Positions 14,290 to 24,300 of a stretch of DNA of 64,000 nt are shown one piece after another (within the stretch, counting starts at the first letter, position 1; each line of letters starts with the position of its first letter). Origin of the DNA: Obrimoposthia wandeli. Lineage: Eukaryota. Position numbers and translations under genes: made by a program. The notes under the pieces are model-generated. The model was not told the DNA's origin. It made no database searches and saw only the letters and a program-made list of their open reading frames with translations. The DNA is taken from the NCBI GenBank assembly GCA_977020255.1, contig CDROCS010000186.1, positions 62,001 through 126,000 on the forward strand, given 5' to 3'.

Positions 14290-14690
14290 TTACTCAAATA
14301 TGGTTCTTATTTTTCTACGTTTGTTTATACTACCACTACCTTTTTGTACTTCTTTCATTTCAATCTGCGATTGAGATAGTGCTGGTCGTTTTCGACTTTT
14401 CTTTATTGCAGTCATTAGTTGAGTAGCAGCTTTTGTTGCTTCAAGCATCAACTCCGGTACTTCGCTAATTGTATTAGATTTTAGTTGATTCAAAATTGGT
14501 TTATCGTTCATTACTACATTTGTAAGTGTTTTTGCATCAATTTGTCCTAAACGTGATAGTATAGAAAACGCAATTTGCCCCTAAATTTTCATCCAACCTG
14601 AACCATATTGTTTTCCAACAAAGTAAGGTAGTTCACCACCCGTTTGGGTTGTACTATACACATCAAAAAGATACATTATTAACGATTAAC
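14290..14690 (-). pseudogene. Putative Maverick core-like basic protein
   Basis: QTGGELPYFVGKQYGSGW, then a basic tail (KKSRKRP..QKGSGSINKRRKIRTIFE). QxGxG sites of this kind are typical of small Maverick proteins between the capsid genes. Confidence 0.55.
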
Positions 14691-14695
14691 ATTGT

Positions 14696-15768
14696 TTAAT
14701 TTTGTTTATACATAACTTTTCGAAAATGTAGTGTTAAACTAGTTTTTGCGTTATGAGCAAAGTTTATCGGTATTCCACTATCATTACGAATATTTACTTC
14801 AATATTAGAAATATATATTGATATTATAGGAAGATACATTGGTTTAATGATTATAATATTTACGGTTTTTTTAACCAAATTGATTTTAAATTTAGAATTT
14901 ATACCGCACCAACATTTATAGACTATAAAATTAGTATACAGGTACATGTTATTAAACTCACATATTAATTGAGGTATACTTTTACCGTCACCTGTAAATT
15001 ATGTTTTATTAAGACCCAGTACAAATGCCATACGAGTGTTAAATATTATACTTGAAATATTATATTTTAACTTGATTTTGATGAATTTATCTTTTTCAAT
15101 ATAAAACATGCTAAAAATATGACTACATTTAGATATACGTTTTTAACTAATGGAGTCAAATCTGTACTATTGAAATCGTTGTCAAATACAATTTTTGATT
15201 TGATATTTTTATTTTCAATGTGATAATATTCAAATTTTGTTGATACACATTGAGGATGTATGGTCATTTGAGCAGTTAAAATACCGTTATCATCAGATGC
15301 AAAATAACTTCCAGATAATTTTATATAGAATTTCTGTTTATTTACAGATTTTATAACAAGTACATTTTTTATCTACACCTTCACCATATGTACCAAACGC
15401 ACAATAAAAATGAGCAATGTGTTTTGATGATTTTAATTATACTTTTGAAATTTTCTTTACAATACGTTTAACAGGTGCTAACTTTTCACCATAAATTTTC
15501 GATTATGTGATTATTTCCTCATCTTTAAATTCAACACCTACTGACACAGTATCGGTTTTCATAGTGCTATTCGTTTCATTATAATTAATTTCGCCATCCT
15601 ATAAGTAAATTCTGTCAATGCAACTTCCCATACACCTTGAAGTTCTATCGGATTTTCCCAATCAACAATAAAATTTGATGCGATATTTTTAGGTTGAGTG
15701 TTTGGACAACTGTTAGATGGTAATACAATATGGAAATGTTTTACTCTATCTGGTTCGCTTTTATCCAT
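14696..15768 (-). pseudogene. Minor capsid (penton-like) protein, frameshifted
   Basis: N-terminal FHIVLPSNS..NIASNFIVDWENPIELQGVWEVALTEFTY and C-terminal IEVNIRNDSGIPINF..TSLTLHFR. Confidence 0.8.
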
Positions 15769-15774
15769 GTTGGT

Positions 15775-16730
15775 GTTTTATATCCATGCCACTACGTAAT
15801 ATTGTTTATTCTTACCTCGACCTTTAGATTTAATGAATTCTTGTATCCTATATACTTTTGGTTTATCAATAACTTGTAATTCTTGCTCATAAAACTTTCC
15901 CTCTATTGGACTTTTATCCTCATCTATGATGTTATACATAATGGGGTTTGCACGTAAATTGATTTTTGCTATTTCAAATACTTCATCACTCCAATTATTA
16001 TCGAAATATTTAATAAAAGGTGTTGTACTTAGACGTGATATGCGAACAAAATCTTCAACTTTGTATTTAAGTTTCTTTATTATTTTTTATTACGAGAAAA
16101 CCAATCATCAAATGAAATATCTATAGGTTTCTTACCACTTAAACCGCGATGTGGTGGGTGATTATATGAAATTAACAGTTTAACCTTTACCCATTTCTTT
16201 GATCCAATTACAACAAATTGTTTATTTAATTTATCCCTTAATGTTCTATTAAATCGTTCCACCAAGGCCGCTTTAAAGTGTGAAAACACAGAGTAATGAT
16301 TTACTCCTAATTTATCAAAAGTTGCTTTAACATGTTTGTTATAAAACTATTTTCCAGCATCTGTTTGTACATTATCGGGTACAACATCAATCATATTTTT
16401 GATGGCAGCCTCTATATCTTTTCTGGATTTTGATTTTACCAGTTTAGCACGCCCAAATCTAGTAAATACATCAATACATGTTAAAATATATTTGTAACCG
16501 CTAATGTATCGTGTCCATCAAATCCATTTATCGTAACTTATTAGGGCCACTAGTCTTGTACGATCGTGTTGGAAACCTTTTTCGAATTGGTTTGATGAGA
16601 CTGTACTGTACGCTAGTTGATTGCTCAACCATGGTTGAATTTTCTTTTGACTTGACTTTGTGTTTGATGATAATAATCTAAGGCTGCTGTACCCAACTCG
16701 GTCTTCGGGATCGTACCATCTCGTACCATT
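15775..16730 (-). pseudogene. Retroviral-like (rve) integrase with C-terminal chromodomain
   Basis: YILTCIDVFTRF, VQTDAG, KAALVERFNRTLRDKL, YNHPPHR, WSDEVFEI and KSKGRGKNKQYYVVAW in shifting frames. Confidence 0.85.
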
Positions 16731-16769
16731 ACAACAATTTATTTTAAATCAAAATTAGGTAAGTTGTAG

Positions 16770-17040
16770 GGGACCCTATAAAGTTGCAACTATCTGTAAA
16801 GGTGCATCAATAAATCCTACTTTTTGACGCAATACTATTTTACTTCGACCAGAACTACTTTTTGTATTAACAATATCAAGTAGTACTTTCTTGTTTTTTG
16901 TAACTTTACCTTATGTTTACTGAGATTGACTTTTCCTATATTACTATACTAAACATAATTCCAATCAATTTATCGATAACAAAATCTGGGAATGACTTGA
17001 GAATTCGAGCTCTATGTGAACTAGGTGCCTTTAAAAGCGT
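16770..17040 (-). pseudogene. Small conserved basic Maverick ORF
   Basis: YFQTLLKAPSSHRARILK..GKVNLSKHKVKLQK..VLRQKVGFIDAPLQIV (reconstructed across frameshifts) resembles the small basic ORF found beside Maverick integrases. Confidence 0.45.
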
Positions 17041-17609
17041 TTGAAAGTAAGGTAAAACGTTTTAATTATTTTTTAAACTGAAAGTACATATATTGTTTAC
17101 AGTCTTATTGAGAAAATGGATTAAAACCTCCTTCTTGTTTTACTTTTTTATCAATTACAATCCAATTCTTTGTCTTTTAATAAACTTATTCTTATTTTTC
17201 TTCGTTTTAACATGTTTCCTTTTAGTACTGGAGTTTAGTATTCTTTTTTTAAATGCGAATATAATTTTGCCTGATATACAGCATTATTTTTAAGTATCAT
17301 AATAACAATAATAAGAATAAGAATATTGTTTATAAGCATTTTATTAATATATACACCATACAAGAATTAAAAATTGATACAGAAAAAGTTACATACATCA
17401 TATTTGAACGAATAATCTGAATGAAACTTTCAAAATGCAATTTCCATTTGATATCTCTGTAGACATGTGAGCGAACTATTTCTTTAAGATGATTACGACT
17501 ATCTTCATTAAAACTTGAAAAGTATTGAACTCTATTTATTGTTCCTTTTATAATTTCATCAACTAATTTATCGTATCTCTCCATTCTTGTATAAATCACC
17601 AAATTTCAA

Positions 17610-18400
17610 TTGTTTATACCATGACATTTTACATTTCTTACTCTCCTTTCAATTATATATCGACATACTGGACATGAATGTAACCTTCTGGAACATGAAA
17701 TACATGTATTTATATGTCCGCATGGTATAAATATGATTATTACTTCAATATGATTATTTAAACATACTACACATTCAGGTTCTTTTAATATCTATGAAAA
17801 TATATTTATATATTGTTTTTCAGGGTTTATTTCTAAATAAGATAAATCATTTCAAATATCCATCAACATATCGAATTTTTCTGTAGTTATAGGATATTCA
17901 ATTATACAATCTGTTTCGATTTTCTCAATAACATTAGCATCATTACAGAGTCCCAAACGTTTTGGATAACATATATGAGGTAATTTTACATTAATATCTG
18001 ATACAAATACTTTACAATCAATGTTGATGTATCAAAATCGATTTTCTTATTACTAGTTTCAATTATTGGTACATTTTAAACATTTAACTTTAAAATAAAT
18101 GGACATGTAGGAAAAGATTTCATATGTTGCTTCATTGGGTTAACATACCATTCCCATTCGGATAATGCACCTTGACAGTATATACATTTTACTTTATCGG
18201 TTGAATCATCATCATGTTTATAAAATCCGGCTCTAGCTAAATCATATGTAGATTGTTTCCCTTTAAAATTTATAAATAACGATTTCAATCTTTCACTTTC
18301 ACGTCTATATTTCACATGTAAAACTTTCATTTTAGAATAATCTACTTTTCGTCTAACTAAAACATCCTTAACAGTTTTATAATGAAGTATATAATCAACA
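17610..18400 (-). pseudogene. Inhibitor-of-apoptosis protein (single BIR + C-terminal RING), frameshifted
   Basis: BIR at 18076-18330 with LARAGFY and exact C-x2-C-x16-H-x6-C spacing. RING at ~17660-17773: CVVC..FIPCGHINTCISC..CPVCR. Confidence 0.85.
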
Positions 18401-18439
18401 AGTATTTTTTAAAAATAAAAAACATATATTTGTTCATAA

Positions 18440-18606
18440 GAAACTTTCAAGAAAAAATACAATAGACTCGACTTGACAATGATAATCAAAATCTTTAATA
18501 CCATGAATAATCACTTTTCCACTAGCAAACATAGATGATTAAACTTTAAAATTCTGAGTGCTGGAAACAATTCTGGTTCAAATATACAATTTCTTCCCAT
18601 TTTCAT
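18440..18606 (-). pseudogene. TATA-binding-protein (TBP)-like fragment
   Basis: MKMGRNCIFEPELFPALRILKFNHLC / FASGKVIIHGIKD across one frameshift, compared with TBP repeat-2 YEPELFPGL..LLIFVSGKVVLTGAK. Confidence 0.65.
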
Positions 18607-19264
18607 AGATATTTTATACTACTATAGTTATTTAAAATTAATCTAACATTTTTATTTGGTATTTATTTTGGTATTCGTTAGTGTTTCTATAATTTAATAT
18701 ATTTAAACACATTTATAAATTTATCACATAAATATTTCTTTCGATAACTTTTTATATACTGAAAACTAGCAGATAATGAAATTGTTGGGGTTTCTATACG
18801 AAACTTGGTACAGATCCTCTGAAATGCGGAGGGCCCCAACGTGAGTTCGAATAGAAGCAGGTCTTAAAGTTGGTCGTGGCCTACTTAGTGTTATGGTTGC
18901 CTATCTCTTGTACTATCTGAAGGTATTTGATTTGATGTCTCTTATTCTGAAGGGTGCAAAAACAACTTGTTCTAATGTAGGAAATTGTTTATTGGTAATT
19001 CACGAAACTAAACACAACAATACGTTTATGTACGTATTTCTAAAAAGTATGGTAAAATTCCTAAGACTTCTGTAAGTCTCTACAACAAGTGGGGATGAAC
19101 CACGTATCGATTTTACGTTCGGGGTGATCGAGATTTTAGAGTTATTCTTCTTCCTAGGTTGGTTAATTTATAACGCAACTCTCTTAAATTTCTTCGACTT
19201 AACTTAGAATGTGTGGATAAAGTTTCTTGAATCGGCAACTCTATTTGTTGTGTATTCGACCACG

Positions 19265-19703
19265 AATTGTCCACTGTGGACAATGATTCTCCTAAAAACC
19301 TAATTGTCAACGATGACAATGAAAACTTGTTCCGAATTGTCAACTAGGACAATGAGTGTTTGTTCCGAATTGTCAACTAGGGACAATGAGTGAACCGAAT
19401 TGTCAACTAGGGACAATGAGTGTTTGTTCCGAATTGTCAACTAGGGACAATGAGTGGACCGAATTGTCAGCTAGGGACAATGAATCTTATGGGCAAAAAA
19501 CTCGAACAACTCCTAATTGTCAACTGGGGACAATGAATATGATGGACAATCCTAATTGTCAACTAGGGACAATGATTTTGTTAAAGACAAGGCAAATCCT
19601 AATTGTCAGCTAGGGACAATGAATATGTTTAAAATATGTTAAACAATCCTAATTGCCAACAAGGGGCAATGAATTTATCCTAATTGCCAACTAGGGACAA
19701 TGA
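19265..19703. repeat. Array of 12 palindromic repeats (AATTGTCAACTAGGGACAATGA) with variable 8-31 bp spacers
   Basis: Copies start at about 19265, 19302, 19335, 19368, 19398, 19432, 19462, 19515, 19554, 19601, 19651 and 19682. Each has ATTGTC..GACAAT arms. Confidence 0.9.
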
Positions 19704-19738
19704 TTCTTTTAGCGAGTTTCTCACCTAGGCTGCGACAA

Positions 19739-20095
19739 TTGGACACGAAAGGATAGATTTGTAATGTTCTCAAAGTGGACTCAAATGATAACTGTAATCT
19801 TCTCAAATTTGGACACGAATGATAACTTTTATATTCTCAAATTTGTCTCAAATGATAACTTGTAATATGCTTAATTTGGACTCAAATGATAATTTGTAAT
19901 GTTCTCAAAGTGGACTCAATTGATAACTGTAATCTTCTCAAATTTGGACACGAATGATAACTTTTATATTCTCAAATTTGTCTCAAATGATAACTTGTAA
20001 TATGCTTAATTTGGACTCAAATGATAATTTGTAATGTTCTCAAAGTGGACTCAATTGATAACTGTAATCTTCTCAAATTTGGACACGAATGATAG
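19739..20095. repeat. 135-bp higher-order tandem repeat (four ~33-bp subunits), ~2.5 copies
   Basis: GTAATGTTCTCAAAGTGGACTC recurs at 19761, 19896 and 20031. The subunits share TCAAATGATAAC. Confidence 0.9.
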
Positions 20096-21359
20096 ACTTC
20101 TGATCTAAATTAATTCAATTTATGGAAACTAACAAATTTCCACTCACCAATTCTCCGATTCCTGGGATATTGATTTCCCTTCGCTTCGCTGTGTTCGTTC
20201 TGTTTTTTGCTGTCTGGTTTCTTCAATAGATTATGACTTATATAGTCAGCGATTGATTGACGTTCGGTCCAATATTGTTTGGCGGCAGCTGAATGCTAGA
20301 ACAATCGATTTTAAATTAATTGCACGTAAATGTGCTTACCTTTTTCTGCTGACGTTTTTCTTTCTGCTGACGTTAGCAGATTCTAAATTCCCGTGTTTTT
20401 GTTGCACTTTTGGGTTAATTAATCTAACCTTATATATCCCACACTATACACGACCTTCGTGGTCCTCCTAATTTTTATCCTAACTTCCACTAATTTTAAT
20501 TTTGAATCTAAAATTAATATTTAATTTAATTTTCAACCTTGCTTTCAAGGATTTTTATTTTAGTATTTAATCGACTAATTATTTTAATTTCCTAATTCCT
20601 AACCCTAACAAAATTACTTTTATATGTAGAATTCATTTCATAATTTTTATACAAATTGCGAACTCCTAATTTTTATGACACCTAAAGTACGTTTCCTTGT
20701 AAGTATAAAATTATTAAACACAGTTATGTGCATGTGTGTAGTCTCACGTCCCAATAGTGAAGTGAACTTAGATGATTCAGTTCAATCTTGTCGTCTAAAT
20801 TAGATAGTTTGGTACTATCATTTGAGTCGTTGTCCAAAGTATCAAATTATCTTAACTTGTCTCAGTTTCATCTTTTTCTGGAGTCTCATAAATGTGTCGA
20901 GTTCTACTCTACTCTTATATTTCTTAGTCGGCTAATTGTGCAATTCCACGTTGGTTTGAGTCAGAGATTCTACGATTATTCTGCAATTTTATTAAGTGTA
21001 TGTTCTTCTACAATTATTCTGTCTACTCTCCTTGACACCATTTATTATAAATACCTCAGGTAACTCTTTTAATTGCATCAGTGGTCACCTGAGATTAACT
21101 TTTCATTTATTCCCTCTCGGTTTTTTTTAATTTTATTCTATTTTTAATTTATTTCATTTGCTTCTTTGATTATGTCTACCAATATAAGTCATTCTAATTT
21201 AATATTTTAATTCAAATTTTCCCTTTTAGTACCTCAACATTATAAATGTATCTTTGAAGTTTGTTTACAAATATCAATAGAAACATTATATATATTTTTA
21301 TAAATTTTAGTTTTAGCATATATTTTATATGCAATGTATAATTGAATATTTTTATTTAG

Positions 21360-24300
21360 GAAATCAATGAAGAATGGATTAGTGACAAAACTCGTTTCTC
21401 TTACGATGGTCTGAAGCGTCAAAGATTGGTTTCTGCCATGTCCAAAGATCCCAATACGAATATCTTAACAACGGTAATATTTCATTTATTTGTATTATTT
21501 CATCTTTGATAAAGATCATTTTAGAAATCAAATTATATTTGTATTCATTTATGCTGTGAATTCCAGATTCACTTTTAAGATAAATAATTGTCATGGAGTT
21601 AAATCTAAATTTAAGCAGAACCCACGTTTAAAAATATTGCCTGTTTTGTTTAGTTACAAACTCCACATCTGTCAAATTTACTACGTTTCTTAGTTTATCG
21701 GCACATGCTATACAGCAGTGCTTTTCAAACTTTATGGTACTACGCCTCTATTTAAGAAATATATATTCTTGGTGTCCCCCTTTATTTCATCAGACACATT
21801 TTAAAATGGTAACATATTTATTAATACAAAAAAATGAGAAATAAACATCTGACGGAATAATAACATTTATATTTCATAGTTATATCTAATGCGAAGGATG
21901 TGCTTGTTTAATAGCACAAAGTTTAATAATATATTTTTTTCATTGAGGAGAGTGCTATTCGTAGCTCTTTTTCTATTACTAAATCGGCTCGACATTTGGA
22001 TCTCATTTCAGCTAGTACAGAAAACCCTGTTTTGCGTAATTATGATGTCACGAATGGCAGTAGTACTGTCGTTACTTTGCTTGAAAAAGTACTATATTCT
22101 TCATTTCCATTTAACCAAAATTGAATTAGGGTTTCAATCTTGATATAATATTGTTTGATAAAACGGGATATGTTATTTAAAAAACAAGTTAAAATGCTAT
22201 GGCCAAACTTTCTGGATGTACAACATGGTTATTAACTATATTAATGATGTCTTAATATTGAAGAATTCAGAAAAGATAAATAACTTTATGTTTAAAAAAA
22301 TATTATTGTCAATAACTCAGAGTTACAGATGTGTTACTTAATGTGTTACCCTTTGATTACTTAAAAAATTGGCTCTATATTAAATATATTTTTGTTATGT
22401 TTTTAAAAGATGAAATAATATCTAGAATAATAAATTCCAATAATTAAAATAAACAAAACATAAAACCTTTATCAAATATTATTTATGTTTCGTGTTTCAT
22501 TAGCACATTCATTATATTACTTGAGCAATTATTAAATTATAATTCTAAGTTTTAGAAAATATGAAAAATAATATCTTAGAATCTACTTTAAAAATACACA
22601 TTCTATTTGGTTTTTTCTGTTTGGACCCTTTGAATTAATTGTAAAAATAATTTATATATATATAATTTGTAGCATTAATTTATTTATTTCATACTTGCTA
22701 AAGTAGTCTATTCAATTAGTCTTTTGTTTAATTAAAATCTTTTTAAAACGTCTTCTTATTAAACATGAAATTATTACAAATATATTTAATTTTTTTTATT
22801 CATTGCTTACAAATTTTGTCAGCGCCGATTTATCCCAGATTAGGTTTTGGTGTCTGTTCGACGCAGGGCTCGATTTCAAAGTTTCAATTGAACACATGAA
22901 AACTGTCTCAAATGTAGTCTTTATATTAAACATACTTTATTTTTTGTTTTTATTTATCTTTATAACTAAGCTTATTAATGTTCTATCTTTTTTCGGTTAC
23001 ATTTGAGTAAAGGTACTTTTTCTTTGATAATTTTTCAATCGTTTCAAAAAATGAAAAATTACACAATTTTTATAAAAATATATATTACAAATCCCATGAA
23101 ATTATGTATCTATTTACAGTATACGACAAAAGTCTTGTCACCCATTGATGTATAAATATAAAAAACAATCATTTAGAAGTACAATTTATTTTTTTATAAT
23201 TCACACAGAACTTAGTATTTTGTGGGTCATCCTTATAATTTCTTTACCATTTCTTATTTCTGTAACATTGGTGAAGCCATTTCTTGATAGTTTCAAGTTT
23301 TGTAAAATACCAAGTTGAACTTCTTTCCACAACTTATCACAATTAATTTAGTTGCAATTAAGTTTTAATAATTCCCTATAAGTTTACAGTTGAATTCTTA
23401 ATCAGGAAAATTTTCCTAGCCAACTAAGAACTTTAATATTTTTATTCAGCGACATGACATGGGGTAGTGCCATATTATGTTAAAAAGTAAATTTGCAGTT
23501 TGAAAAAACTAAACATTTACCAATCGTTTCAATATCTTCTAATAGGGGTTGTTATTTTACAGCATTTATGTTTCCATTTTATAATTAAAATTCATATATT
23601 TTCACACATGAGATACATGTTTCCATTTTTTTCCTTCAAATTACGAGTTCTCATGATGTCTTGAAGTATTTGTTGTAAAATTAAAAAGATAGTACAAGAG
23701 TTTGAATTACGCAACTAAATATATTAATATTAAAATAACAATACATATACAAGAATTTTTTCACCACACTTTTCCCCTTTTCTTCTTTACTGTTTGAATC
23801 GGATTGGTTTCTGTCTCTGTCTTCTAGGATGTTTCTTTTGCGATTGTCCCATCTCGTCTTCTGTTATCAGATCAGGAAGTTCCATGGATTAGGATATTAT
23901 AGAGGTGGGTGTTTCTGATTCTGGTGTATTTTCTCCCTTCATTTTTTTTAATATGTACCATATTTCTCCTACTTTTTTATCTCCAATTTTTTCTAACTGA
24001 TAAGAGTGTTTCCCTAACATTTTTAATACTTTATACGGCCCTTCATATCTGGGTTGATCAATCCCTTTAATACCAAGCAATATTCTTATCATTACCATTT
24101 CTCCTTTCTTTAATTCGTTTGCACGTTTCATTTTCTTTGGTACAAATAACTTTGTCTCTTCTCGAATCATTTTATGAATTTCACTTAATCACTTCCTAAG
24201 TTCACCACAGTATTGAAAAATATATTCATCACTAATACAATGGAATACTCAAATTCAGTGTTAAATTAAAATTTTCATTTGGCCATGTAATTTTTCATAC

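Larger units (their letters stand above)
8586..18620 (-). mobile_element. Decayed Maverick/Polinton (adintovirus-like) element with internal deletion
   Basis: Same-strand cluster of pPolB, adenain-like protease, major capsid N-terminus, core-like ORF, minor capsid, rve integrase with chromodomain, IAP and TBP-like fragment. Many stops and frameshifts. No TIRs and no packaging ATPase recognised. Ends are approximate. Confidence 0.9.
18783..20610 (-). mobile_element. Long solo LTR (1828 bp), copy X1, probably Gypsy family
   Basis: The minus strand begins TGTTAGG and ends CCCCAACA. Perfect 4-bp TSD AAAT at 18779-18782 and 20611-20614. Both ends are homologous to 35978-37868. TATA-like ATATATAAGG at 20428-20437 and AATAAA at 18988-18993, both on the minus strand. 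Confidence 0.8.

Noticed and set aside
18783-19087. 305-bp TGTTG..CAACA short LTR followed by a PBS
   Set aside because: The putative PBS matches no tRNA 3' end I know. Perfect TSDs instead define the 1.83-kb unit 18783-20610.
19265-19703. Bona fide CRISPR array
   Set aside because: Eukaryotic LTR context, no cas genes, spacers of 8-31 bp, and several spacers duplicated. Kept only as a palindrome array.
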